Source: a virus
DNA length: 64,000 nt
Direction: 5' to 3' (one strand)
IMG/VR virus record: IMGVR_UViG_3300049617_000088
Location: 31,714 to 95,713 of that record
Below are positions 30,963 through 42,942 of this stretch, in pieces (the first letter of the stretch is position 1; every line of letters starts with the position of its first letter). The notes under the pieces were generated by a model. The model did not search any database and was not told where the DNA came from. It saw only the letters and a program-made list of their open reading frames with translations. Position numbers and translations under genes: made by a program.

Positions 30963-31422
30963 AGTTTTGTACCAACCTTGAATGTCAGAAGTTTTTTTAC
31001 GATGACAGTTGGCACACCTGACATCGCACTTCTTTATCTCTAATTTTATTCTATTTAAAGAACAAACATTAGAGATAAGCTTTGAAACATTATTGCTTTT
31101 CTTTCCTCGAACATGATCGAATTCTAAACATCTAATGTCTGATTCGCCGCAATCAACACAAGAATGTGTTGATAAATATTCGCGAATGTGTTGATAAATA
31201 TTCGCGAAGCCATTGATAGTTGCTATCTTTAGTTTCTTGTTTTCGGAGCCCACAAATTTTGATATGCTTTTCACGATTAGCAGCATAGTATTCCCTAGAA
31301 CGCTGCCTACCACATTCTTTACAATGTGGCTGCTTACCATCTGGACTGGTTTTCTTTTTATTAAAATCGTCTTTTAATGATTTAGGTAATTTACAGATAG
31401 AACATTTCTTTTGTATTAGCAT
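30936..31422 (-). pseudogene. HNH endonuclease frameshifted by a 22-bp duplication; 3' end overlaps tRNA-Lys
   Basis: Zn finger (CSIC...CKEC) plus CVDCGE...LEFDHV...CANCH, joined when one repeat copy is removed. Confidence 0.8.
31162..31205. repeat. Perfect 22-bp tandem duplication
   Basis: GAATGTGTTGATAAATATTCGC x2. Confidence 0.95.
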
Positions 31423-32600
31423 GCCTTTTAATATAACATGCCGGATTAAAAGCTATTGGATGCTCGCTTTAACTACTTGTTGATTTGCAATCTCAACACA
31501 TAAACGATCCTCTCGTTTATCTTCGGGATAAGGAAGGAAAGGTTCTCCATCCACTGAAATGAGTCGGAAGATTAAATACTTAGCCTCTGCGGTATCCTGT
31601 GCCTTCTTCTTACTCATACCAAGAAATTGCGTCGCATCCATTTTATTCTTCCTTATCAGCTAGAATTACACCAACAATTTGTTTCTCTACCACATATTCA
31701 TCATCATAGTGATCTTCACATCCCAATGCGGGGTCAACATATATTTCATAACGAACCGTATTGATATCCCAATCCAATCCCTCAAACTCTCTGTCGGCAA
31801 TGATGATAAATCCTAAGCTGCCAGTCCACATGACATCAGCTTTAAACGCACAATCATGCATCGTATTGATGATGCAGGTGCGAATATAATCGTGCCGTCC
31901 TATATAGGAATGATTATTTCTTGCAATAAAATCTACTGCTGCATTTAATTCAATTTGATTATAACTAATTTCTACAGTCGGCATTATTCAATCAAATCGA
32001 ATTGCTGAACAATATTTCTCAATCCACTTGCTTCTAAATCAAGTGCTTCTAATTTTTTGAGAATTTGATTTCCCTTAATAAGGAGACCATATTCTTTAAT
32101 GAAGGGAGAAATATCATTCGTATTTTGGAAACTGATAGATAGAATTGAGTCATCGAAACGCAAATCGATATCAGGAGACACTTCAAAAGAGGAATGCCAA
32201 CCATCCCAAGTTAATTTTTGAAGAGGTGCAACTTGTTCATCCTGAACACTACCAGTATATTCAAGATATAATCCACTAGCCTGTTCATTTTTATACGGCT
32301 TCAAAAACCAAGTAGTCCCATTGAGTAGCTTTTCTTCTTTGATAAGCTGGAGAACTAATGCCTTCTTCTCTTCTTGAAGATGATATTTAGCTACACGAAG
32401 CTCAGCTTGATTCTTATCGTTTTGTTTCAATCTGCTTTCGACAAGATCAAACTGTTCTCTAAGGGGCGATTTCATTCCAGTCCTCCCAAATCTTTTTAAC
32501 GTCCAAGTAACCCGGAATATCCCTCAGGATTTCTTCTGTCAATTCTTCTTCCAGATCGTAGAAGTAAACATCACTACCTTCTTCGTCTAGGATTTCTATA

Positions 32601-33047
32601 TCAACGCTTTCTCTTGGCACGGCTTTTTTCTTTCTGATATGCTAAAAAATGAACACCACCATCAGCCCTAGTAAAAGTCCTGATGCGATGATATTTTCGA
32701 ATCTTTTTTCCCTCCCAAACACGGCAAGCATCCGAGGAAGGACCGTCAGATGACCTGACTCTATAGCCACGACTCAGACCCCATTGAATTGCCTTGGCAT
32801 ATAACAAAGCTCCAAAACCTTTGTTGCGGTACTCACAATTCAACCACGAATGAGTCTCTATAATCTTTCCCTTAGGATTATTATAATACTTTTCAATTAG
32901 GTCAATGGCGCCAACGGTCGCGCACGTAGAAGAGTGACATAGCCTGACAACTCTTACCGCAGAGTCATAAGGGTCTTTCATGACCTCAAAACGAAAACCC
33001 CTGGGAGCCCTGATTCTTGCCTTGTTAGTAGAAGATTTCTTTTTCAT
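32601..33047 (-). CDS. GNAT-like acetyltransferase
   Basis: EYRNKGFGALLY acetyl-CoA motif; S..A..VW. Confidence 0.7.
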   Translation of the reverse strand: MKKKSSTNKARIRAPRGFRFEVMKDPYDSAVRVVRLCHSSTCATVGAIDLIEKYYNNPKGKIIETHSWLNCEYRNKGFGALLYAKAIQWGLSRGYRVRSSDGPSSDACRVWEGKKIRKYHRIRTFTRADGGVHFLAYQKEKSRAKRKR

Positions 33048-33876
33048 TTAAATAAACCTATTTATCCTCTTGCAGCTTGATTGTAATAACTAATTAACAG
33101 TTCAACCTTTTTTTTGAACTTGAAGTGGCAGAGCACTATACCATTCTTTAGCTACTGCAAGCTCTTCTTTACCCGGAGAATATTCCCAGGGAGACATCCA
33201 GCGCAACTCATCTTCAGTTGGAGGATTCTTTACATAAGAATACTCAGCGTAATCTTTAAGTTGATCAGCCAAGATGCTAGGATCATAATAACATTCAGGT
33301 AAAGTATATGGCAGATTTTTTTCTATTGCCACTACCTCTGCTAGAGAACTTCCCCAAGCTCGTAAGACCACAAGAAATTTAATTCTATTGGATACTTTAG
33401 TAACAGTTAAAGTATAGTTCATTATTCAGTCCTCAGCGTATTCTTCCCAATCTTTACCTTCTTCGATTCCTTCTTCAGCGTATCCATATTCACAACATGG
33501 ATAGAACCTACCACGATCATCTACATCTTCCACACCAGTGTTGGGATCTACATTGCAGGAACAGCCGCGAGGAACACATTCATCACAATAATCTCCGCCA
33601 CCATCGCTTGGCATGTACCACCAAACGGCTATGTTAGGACAGTTTTGACAAACTGTTTTCATCGTAGCTTATACCATAGTAAAGCAAGCCCACCAAAAAA
33701 GAATGTCATTGCACACATGTGAGCAATGAATCCCTCTTTGGTTCCCAAACTTCTTTGCTCAGGAGGGAGATTATATGAAACGATATATCTATCGAAAAGC
33801 CATCCCACACAAGTGATTGGTAGTGCTGGTAGCCCTAGGATAAACATGATGGTAAGCTTGATGTTTTGTTTGGACA

Positions 33877-34263
33877 TCAAACACCAAAATCGTTTTTTAA
33901 TGTAGCTCCACCAAGAAGATGCATATGTAAATGCTTAACAGTTTGACCAGCATCTTTACCTGTATTAATTAGAATACGATATCCAGATTCATTTAGATGA
34001 TTTGATAATGCATATTCATTTAGCAGCGCCAACATATGACCAGTAATTTTACCCAATAAAAACCTGCTAGTGCCTAAATCGCTAACATCAACGAAATGTT
34101 GTCTAGCAATGGATAGAATGTGATGTGGTGCCATAGGATTACGATCCCTGATCAGGTAGGCTTCGCTATTGTAATTGATGATGTGAGGTGGAAGTGCTAC
34201 TCTACCTTCAAAAGCAGCATCATCTTTCAATTTACAAAAAATACAATCGTTCATGGTGCTCAC
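33877..34263 (-). CDS. HIT-family (Hint-like) nucleotide hydrolase
   Basis: CIFC, D.NP.APHH, NTGKDAGQTVKHLHMHLLGG. Confidence 0.92.
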   Translation of the reverse strand: MSTMNDCIFCKLKDDAAFEGRVALPPHIINYNSEAYLIRDRNPMAPHHILSIARQHFVDVSDLGTSRFLLGKITGHMLALLNEYALSNHLNESGYRILINTGKDAGQTVKHLHMHLLGGATLKNDFGV

Positions 34264-35357
34264 TTCTGAAGGTTATAACCTTCTCCTACCAGTTTGACTT
34301 GCATACGAGAATCCAGTTTAGGTTCGTAGCGTTCGACAAGGGTGTTGAGTACCCACCCCTCTCTTATATGGCTCCCGCCGAGCGTTGTCAAGCCCTCGGC
34401 ATACGGATACATTGCTTCCTTACCTTGCCATACACCTCGGTATAACTCGGGTACTGAATCCAAACCTGCCCCCATGAGGGCAATGATACGATGATCATAA
34501 TTGAGATACCTAAGCACTTTGGTATCCCACACATCGAAGAAACGAACCTTGGTCATCAGGCGCTTCTCCTCAATGAGAGTATCATATCGGAAACCTTTAA
34601 CCTGACCGTAGACCTCACCGAAGAAAACAAAATTAGGATAATGCTTGAGCTTGTTCTCCAAATCATATCGAAGAGCAATATCCCACCACATATCATCTGG
34701 ATCCATCTTCTTGTAGAAGTTACGAGACTTTACCCACAAGCGTTCGCCGTCATGACAGAAGGCAGCATTGCTACCATGAAGCTTCTCCGTCAGAACAATC
34801 TCTTCTCCTTCTTGCAAACAAGAAATGTACTTGCGAACACCATCAATATCATAGTGAGGGATTGCCCAACCTTGCGGAGCCTTCTCTGCATTGGTCCGAG
34901 TCTTCTCGAGACCAGGAAGGTTCTCTTCCTCAAGCTCTTCCCACTTTTTGAGTTGGAAGAAGTTGACAATGGAATCACCAATTCCCACAACGTCAGTTAG
35001 TGGAAGTTGGACCAGCATTCCTTGACTGTAAGTCCCGCGAATCTTCTTTGCCTTGATGATACGATATTTCTCGGGGACACTACCTACCGGGAACTTCGGA
35101 CCAACCATACGCTGGAGAACTTCCCCGTAATCACCTTCGTACTTCTCATATGTTTTGGGGCACAGAAAGTAGAACTGATCCGTATCGGGAACAATAGAAT
35201 CGATAGGAATATAACCAGCCAGATCCCCAATGATATACTCGTCGCGCTTGGTGATGACTGGATAATCTCCAAGCACAGTACATACATCTAGCGTATCAGC
35301 ATCGGGATGCTTAATTACATTTTCAATTTGAACTACTTGGGGCATCCAATCAGTCAT
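34260..35357 (-). CDS. ATP-dependent RNA ligase (DRB0094/Rnl2-like) with N-terminal OB domain
   Basis: HPDADTL, IRGTYSQG, TEKLHGSN (motif I), FGEVYG, FFDV, REG, VK. Confidence 0.88.
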   Translation of the reverse strand: MTDWMPQVVQIENVIKHPDADTLDVCTVLGDYPVITKRDEYIIGDLAGYIPIDSIVPDTDQFYFLCPKTYEKYEGDYGEVLQRMVGPKFPVGSVPEKYRIIKAKKIRGTYSQGMLVQLPLTDVVGIGDSIVNFFQLKKWEELEEENLPGLEKTRTNAEKAPQGWAIPHYDIDGVRKYISCLQEGEEIVLTEKLHGSNAAFCHDGERLWVKSRNFYKKMDPDDMWWDIALRYDLENKLKHYPNFVFFGEVYGQVKGFRYDTLIEEKRLMTKVRFFDVWDTKVLRYLNYDHRIIALMGAGLDSVPELYRGVWQGKEAMYPYAEGLTTLGGSHIREGWVLNTLVERYEPKLDSRMQVKLVGEGYNLQK

Positions 35358-35868
35358 CTTATTACCTTTAAATTATTTTAATTTCCATTCGGAATGTATC
35401 TTTTTATATCCGGGGAGCTGGGAAGTTTTATCCGTGGAAAAGATTATTTTATGACTTGGCCAAAGCATAAAGCAACCACCTTGGTTAATCAAATGACATA
35501 ACTGGTTGTCATCCTGCCAGTCAAAAGTCATCATATACGATCCGACTCCCCTCCAACTGCCATCCTTATTATAGACCTGACAGTATTCATCGTCTAGTGA
35601 TTCGAAAGTATGGACAGTTAGCTGTCCTGAAGGACAATTGAAATAGCTATATTCTTCCATGAAGCCGGAGAATCTAATAGGAAACTCTACCAAAGCATGA
35701 ACCGGAACGTATGAATAAAGATACTTATCCTCTACCAATACTTGGAATGTTGGAACATGCCCGGGATAGGAAGAGACCGCAAAAACTTTGCAAGGATAAT
35801 ACTTACCATGATTAGATTGGAAGTCAAACAGAAACTCTCCACGAATCAAACAAGTGAATGGTTTGATA

Positions 35869-36399
35869 TCAAAATGGATTGATTGCATCTTTCCAAGCTT
35901 TCTCGTAAGGATCAAACTCGGCTACGATAGCGAAAACGATATGACCAGACGGCAACCAAGCGGCAGATGTTTCACGAACAATGATACCAACACCTTCACG
36001 TTCGGAGTTATCTCGATAAGCTGCGTGAATGTACTTAGCTTCAACGAAGTCACCAAAAACATTTGTGTTAATGTAACGCTCGATATGCCAACCAGCCTCA
36101 GTTAAAGACGGGCAATCTTCTTCTGTAATTGGATCACCAAAGGTAATTTAGGAGCGAGGAAGGATTTGAAAGCCCCAACCAAATTCGTAAGCTACTCGCT
36201 CATTAAGATACTGGGCTCGATAGCTAAAACCGATTCGCTTGTTCTTTCGGAGAGTGCCAGAGGCATGTTTATCTATCCATTCCTCCTCTGGCATGTTACG
36301 AATCTGATCTCGATGTGCAGCCCTCTTCATCAGAAAGTCTAGCTTATCTGTCAATGTCTCATAATCTTTGGGATCAAACTTCTTAACAAGAGTTTCCAT
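35869..36399 (-). pseudogene. Hypothetical protein interrupted by in-frame TAA at 36148-36150
   Basis: ILPRS*ITFGDPITEEDCP... stays open for about 90 more codons. Confidence 0.6.
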
Positions 36400-37435
36400 T
36401 TTTAATAAATGCTTTCTACTTTGAAAGTCTTCCAGACCTTTCGTGTATTCTGCCTTATAAGTTTCCGTGTCGGCATCATTGGCATTCTTAATACATTAGG
36501 ATCAGAGCCACCTCCCTCGATAGAGGAATCATCAATCAAACCCATGTCGAACTGTTCCAGACTGAACGGCTTGAACATGGATTGATAAGCAGGATTGCCA
36601 GCATCAATCACGGGAGTCCAAAGACTCTCGACATTAAATTCAATGTCATTATCAGTCTTCTTGAAAACGGGTTGACTGTATCGAATCTCAGAGACCGAAG
36701 AGTGGTTACTATAGCCAGCGTGGTTCATTATATTCCATTATTCTATCTCATCATTGAACAGGGCTCTAATTGTTGTCCCCGCTACAAACTCGCTGCCGTC
36801 TTGTGAAGATGGAATAATACAATTGACCTTAACTTTTTGATACTGCCCAAATAGTTCAACGCTATACACTTCCAGGCTTCGACCATCTTCTTTACGAATG
36901 ATCCAGTCTCCCTTTTTCAGAAGACGAGCAACACGATATTTCATTTAATTATCCAATGTCCCAAGAGCCTTCTTTAGCTCCGCGATCTGACGTTCATCAG
37001 AAGCAATCTTTTCAGTTAGCTTCTGTCTCAGCATCTTGAAGAGACCTGTTGCCGCAGAGATTACACTTACATCTGCATATTCGTGTGAGTCTACGCGAAT
37101 GATCCATGGCTTAGTAACGCCAGAAGAATTACTTTTGTAAAAGATAATTACATCAGCATCTGCTTTACCAGAAAAGCTAATGTATATCTGTCTGATATTC
37201 TTCACTAAAGATTCTAGTTCTGTAGAACTTTCAACCCCATTCTGACCAACAGGTTGTTTGATCGCATTCATCAAAGTCATCGTCCCAACGCCCTTTAACA
37301 TAGCCACGCTCGGGCACAGGCGCAACCTTTATAATTGGACAGGGAATTTTTTCCGTTGGCAACAGGAGTGTTGTCAACATGATATCTAGATGAATCATCA
37401 TGGATAATACCATGACAATAATCTTAGCTTCTCTG

Positions 37436-37771
37436 TTAGTTACTGTTGACGATGCGAGCCAGTCTTTTACAGACTTGAATAGCTGCGGCAGAAGCTTCGT
37501 TTGCATTGGCTTTACCAGTCGCTAGTTTCAGCAAATCCTTTGTTTTAGGATCCAAAATATGATTGACAGGCTTAACTGCTAGCTTGAGTTCAGCACCAGC
37601 TAACTGATTCTGCATAGCAACTAGAGCGCCATACATTTTAGTATGGGAGGTAATGAGACGATTACGCAGTCTCGCTTCTCTAACCCTATCAACTAAACAA
37701 AAAATAGCTACTGGTCCGGTGACAGCCGACAAGATGGTAAGAACCATAATAGTAATTTGATTGTGATCCAT
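37436..37771 (-). CDS. Membrane-anchored protein with C-terminal DUF2786-like helix pair
   Basis: N-terminal TM; LLKLATGKANANEASAAA. Confidence 0.5.
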   Translation of the reverse strand: MDHNQITIMVLTILSAVTGPVAIFCLVDRVREARLRNRLITSHTKMYGALVAMQNQLAGAELKLAVKPVNHILDPKTKDLLKLATGKANANEASAAAIQVCKRLARIVNSN

Positions 37772-38086
37772 TAAAGTTCTCCATAGAAATTGATCCCTCG
37801 TTATCATAGCCCCACTCACCGCTTGCTTGCAATGCAAAATAAGAGGTGGGCTATCCTTTTACAACTGGATGAAACGAGGAGAAAGTTAGTTGCCTTGTTT
37901 GGTTATGGAACGGAACGTGGAGAAACAACCCTCTAGTTTATCTTCGCTCATCGAGAAGAGCTAGTCGATTTTTTGAGACCGGCAAAACGAAGAACTAAAA
38001 AGACCGGAGCGTATTTAAGCGGATATGCTAGCGCTATCATACAATTATGGACGTATGATATACCATGCGATCTCCTTGTTGAAGGG

Positions 38087-38109
38087 AAAAGCTAACTGTA
38101 CGGGTTAGC
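38087..38109 (-). terminator. Possible intrinsic terminator
   Basis: GCTAAC-N7-GTTAGC followed by TTTT, just after the stop of 38115..38393. Confidence 0.45.
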
Positions 38110-39781
38110 CCCAATTACTTAGCAGCGTCCTGCTTTGTAGTTGAATCAACATCCTTTGACATCTCAGCTCCAATCGTGAGCTTCAATTCAAATGTGTACT
38201 GTTCCTCATCCGAAACCTGGAGAGCAACCCAAGAGTGTTCTCCATTAAAATAGGCGGATGGAAACTTATGACCCACTGGAAACTTTCCGATCGGAACGAC
38301 CAGTGTAACATTATAAAATACAAAGGATGCAGGACCACCTTCGTCCCAACTCTCCCAATCAAACAACTGCTGCTCAAGCGTCATAGGTTCCATGTTTATC
38401 TCCAGAATGAAAATGAATTGGTTTTACGATGGTCTTTAAAAATCTTATCAATATCCACGCGATCATCTGGGCTATGACCCAGTGCTGCTGCCAAACATTT
38501 CTCAGCAACATAGATGAGCTTAACGCTCTTGTCCTCATCACCTAGAGCCTCTTCAATGCTAACCGGCTCCCAACGAGCTTCATCATCATACGGAACAATC
38601 TCTCCGCTATAGGAATCAGCGTCGGCTCCTCCAATGTCTCTAACGAAATCGATGAAGGCATCGGCATCAAACTCTTTTTCTAAGAGAGAAAGACCACATT
38701 TGCCACAGTATTCCATTGGTTCTCCACCCAACTTGGAAGACATATCCAATGTCTTTTCGCAACAAGCCTTGAGCTTAACCTCGGGCTCCGACATAAAAGC
38801 ATTCTTGAAAAAGGAAGCTAGATCCACAAAAGCTTCTTTGGTTGAAGAGAACTTCTTATTAGAATGGAAGGGAACATATCCCAGCATTCCGCTCTCGGCA
38901 TATCCAAAATTAAGTAGAAATGTATACGCTTTCATGTGTGTCCTTTTGATTTACGCCACGACTCTGTCGCTCCAACTGCATCCAAACAATGATGGAAATT
39001 AGTAGAGTTACAATGCGCCCACCGATGTCCACCATCCCAACGAATGGTATTCAGTGTGTATCCTCTGAGCCAATCTTCTACCATTTGGTAGTCCACAATC
39101 TGACTGCAACCATCGTAGAACATTACCTTTTTGCCATTGATAAAAGCATATCTGATATCAACACAGACAGGTCGATGATCTACTTCACCAATTTGGATGC
39201 CCTTCCCCATGGAAACTTCTTTCCAATCAGGAACACTAATCTCGTCACGCCTCGGCTCATGATGATGAGCCTTCCAAAGCATAAACTGTTCCTCATTAGA
39301 AGCTTCCACTAGGAAGACTACGTCCTCGAAAAGCTTCTCATCCAACTGGTTGATTGGATAGAGAATCGCTGTCGACTTCGGCTTCTTTTTCTTGAAGACT
39401 GACTTTAGCATTTTCGATTCGTTCCCTTAGCTGACATGAGGTTAGTAGATGATTCTGCCCTGCGTCCATCAAAGTGTCGGCATCCTTTGCTTCCATGCCC
39501 GTTGCCATAGTTATCCACTTACCATTGAAAAAGATGGTGTAGACGCGCTTGTCTCCGAATCGAGTTCTGATCCTAATCATGGCTTTCTTCCAAACGGCAA
39601 AGGTCTCTTTGCTAGTTCTTTCTTCTGTTCTTCTAGTCCATCATAAAGATTTTGTCCAGCCTTAATAGCTAGGAAAGCATCTTCTCCACTCCAGCCCTTG
39701 GCTATGATGGCTTTATGAATAGCATCTATGGATGAACCATTCTCTAGGGCTTCGAAGACTGCTTTAATTAACTCGTCCATC

Positions 39782-40123
39782 TTAACCTAGAAGCGCCCCG
39801 TCAGCAGCACCAGGGCAACTAACCAAAGCCACTGAACCAAACTCTCCGATACAAGCCAGAATCATACCATGAGACATGATACCCTTCATCTCACGAGGGG
39901 CAAGATTGAGAACAGCAACTACCTGCTTGTTGAGTAGAACATCAAGATTATCTTGATAGGCAGGGTCTTTACCAATGCCAGCCAGGATAGTTCGACAACC
40001 AATCTCAAGTCCAAAATTAACTTCTAGCTTCAGAAGCTTGCTCTTGGGCACAGCTTCCACCTTGATAATAGTTCCCGAACGCATTTCTACTTTGAGAAAA
40101 TCTTCGTAATTAATTTGGTCCAT
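39782..40123 (-). CDS. tRNA-binding OB-fold protein (Trbp111/CsaA/MetRS C-terminal type)
   Basis: DF.KVEMR.G.I, KLLKLEV, RTILAGI, NLAPREMKGIMSHGMIL. Confidence 0.9.
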   Translation of the reverse strand: MDQINYEDFLKVEMRSGTIIKVEAVPKSKLLKLEVNFGLEIGCRTILAGIGKDPAYQDNLDVLLNKQVVAVLNLAPREMKGIMSHGMILACIGEFGSVALVSCPGAADGALLG

Positions 40124-40647
40124 CTTACACCAGACTTTCAAGATACTTAGAAAGAAAATCTTCAGCGAACTTCTGGGCGTTTTCCACCGACCAGTTATCT
40201 TTGTTCAGATAGAAACGAGTTTCATCCAAGAAGGTTTCCTTCTCCAAGACATCCACACCATGAAGAGTAATTTCCCAATTATAAGGACGTCCCCAGGTCT
40301 TGTTCACCTCTTCTAGAAGAAGATGAAAAGTCTCATGGTCTCGTTTAAACGAGGCTTTGAAAGTTAGGAAGCTACTGTTTTTTATCTGAAATATCTTTCC
40401 AAGGATTGTTCATGTAATATCTCCGTAGTTTACTTATATCGTGCTGGGGCAAACTTGCTTTGTTTGACTACCACTTCGTTGCTCATTTGAATTGCCCACC
40501 GCACCATAACATTTACTTGAGAGGGGAGGAAACCGTCCTCTAACATAATCTGTCGAATTTTAGAAATGGATAACCCTTTTAACATTGCCTTTGAAGCTTG
40601 CTTAACTGTTACCTCGATTGTGTTGTTCGCCATCTTGTCTTCCTTAC

Positions 40648-40678
40648 ATCACTAGGGTGCAACCGTTTTACGATGGGT
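40648..40678 (-). promoter_or_regulatory. Bipartite motif copy 3 (N9-TAGTGAT)
   Basis: Followed by AAGGA and ATG at 40633. Confidence 0.75.
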
Positions 40679-41215
40679 AGCGATACAGCCTCACAGGATT
40701 TCAATTTCTAATTGATCCGTTTGATTTACCGCCGCCATCTTGACAGTTGGTGTCTTGTTAATTAACTCCAGGTTCATAATATATAAAGCCTGTTGAGCAA
40801 GTAGAAGATGTTGCTGGATAGTCGTAACCTCTTCTTCTTGCCTAGCAATTTTCCATTTCAGTAGAGACTTACGCTCTTCTTCTTTCAGGGCGGAAGGGTC
40901 ATCCAAAAGTAATTCTTTTGATTCAGGATGGAGTTGACCATGGTAATGGATATTACATTCGATCCAATCTCCCTGCCAGCCCCAACCGGAACCATTGCAA
41001 GGACATTCATTAGCTTCTAAGTAATCAAATGCCATCTTTCTTTTCCAACTCTAGGAGTTTATCCCAAACAAAAACTCCTGCAATCCAAAGACCAGTTGCA
41101 ATTAAAAAGATGGTTGTCATCTCACTATCTGCGATTGCCCATGAATAGCATACGCCTACTATACTAACTAGTACCATGACTAGGGCAACTTGCAACATCT
41201 TTTTGGTTTTCATTT

Positions 41216-41762
41216 TTATTCTCTTGTGATCCAGCTATGACATGGAGAATTAAACTCTCCATACATGAACCCTTCGATATCTATGATGCGATAGTTTTCC
41301 TCACAATCCATCATAATGTTTCCACAATGACGATCCATATAACGATTTTGAATTATTACTTTATCCAAAAAATCTGCCAGAACAGGAAAGTCTTTTCTAC
41401 CTGCAATTACTTTTGCATTAGTAGAAGAAGAGAGCGAATAACTTTCGTTACAATAACCAAATACAGCGCTAATGAATGTTTTTTCCTCTTCACTTAGCAT
41501 TCCCATTAGTTCCATTTCATTAGGAATACCAAAGCCAGTCACGACAATAGTTAGCTTGAGGATCCGGTATAGATCGAAAACTGTAAATGGGAACTACTAG
41601 CGGGTCGGGATGACGAATGAAATGATTCGCCAATGCCTGCACAAATTCAAAAGAATCAGGACGGGAAAAGTTTCCTGTCTTAAGAACCCTGGTCGAAGAT
41701 ACAATTTCCACATTGGATTGTGGTAAAGACTTAGGATAGTTAATCATTTGAATATCGATCAA
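41216..41762 (-). pseudogene. Kinase-like protein split by a 1-nt insertion near 41520
   Basis: VLK...VVPIY N-lobe; DRHCGNIM...IIDIE catalytic loop; WYS-Y-EMELM restored by deleting one base. Confidence 0.55.
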
Positions 41763-41802
41763 AAGGGTTTAAGGTATCTCTATTAGTGATTATAATAAAA
41801 CT

Positions 41803-41977
41803 CAGGGGACTTGCTAGTCCAACATATTTGATATCGCGTTGGGGTAGGTTTAAATTTACTTCACTCCACCAAGGTCCTATCCAATATACTCAACTAGCCA
41901 AGCCCCTGTCGTTTACCCCGAATTGCCCAAGGTAAACAACTAGCGCAGATCATGTCGGGCTATCGATCCCTGCGTTA
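41803..41977. ncRNA. Candidate structured RNA: long rod plus two hairpins
   Basis: CAGGGG..CTTG.CTAGT pairs with ACTAG.CAAG.CCCCTG; GTTTACC/GGTAAAC; GCGCAG/CTGCGT. Confidence 0.45.
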
Positions 41978-42942
41978 TTTCCTAATCTTCTTCCGGCTCA
42001 TCTGGAGTATCTTCATACTCCACATCTAGCATCTCCACACTACCTAGTTGTGGCTTGCCAGAATAGTGCGGGAACAACTTGAGAAGAAGTTGATACTCTT
42101 CTTCAGAGATCTCCTTCACCTTGAAGCAACGAAGATATTCATCAAAACCTTCGAAAATGAGAGCTTCATTAGTACCGAAATACTTTTCAATGGCGCCCTC
42201 TTCAGTGAAGCGCTTTTGTGCCGCCTGCTTATGAAGTTCCCATTCAATTCCGGTCATGACAATGAAACCAGATAGATCAAATTCATCAGCATAGTTCGAA
42301 TCGAACTTGATGAATTGCCACGAATGCCTTGCCATCTTACTTCTTCTTCATCTTCTTGGAACGACGAAGCGCAATAGCCGCATGATACTTGGCTTGTGCC
42401 TCGGTAGTGTTCTTATGACGCTTCTTGTTAGAACCGGCACGAAGATGCTTAGACGACTTGGGACGCTGACCACCATGATTAATGCCTGCCATGTGAGACT
42501 CCTTTTATTTGATCCAATATGTATCCGTAGCAGTGGGGAAGTCCAACGCTACCACCTCTTTGTAAGCATGATCGACTAACCAAACAATCGCTTCTGCCTG
42601 GCTATCAAACGTATCTACCTCATCCATGTAGTTAAAAGGTTGAACATACCATTCACCTTCGAACTCCTCAATGTAAGCAAAATCCTTTGGAAGATTAACT
42701 CTAGGCAGAGCTGCTGTTCTGGTTTGGAACTCTTCTCTATTGGCTAGAGCTAGCAATTGCTCACCCTTCAAATAGAAGGGAAGCAATGGAAGAGTAACGA
42801 TTGCCAAGGGTATCGCCCAAAGCAAAGTAGATGGCTTACCCTCTGCTGTTCCTATGGAAGCTAAACCCAAAGCAGCTAAGGCTGCGGGAGATCCAATGGT
42901 TACTAATAGTTCACCGACATCTCTGTTATCCATTGATTTTCC

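Noticed and set aside
940-36150. Stop-codon reassignment (genetic code 15 or 4)
   Set aside because: Long genes have no internal stops, all three stops end normal genes, and no suppressor tRNA is present.
38421-38432. Partial motif match GTTTTACGATGG
   Set aside because: Inside a CDS, lacks the flanking C and GGGT, and has no second box at N9.
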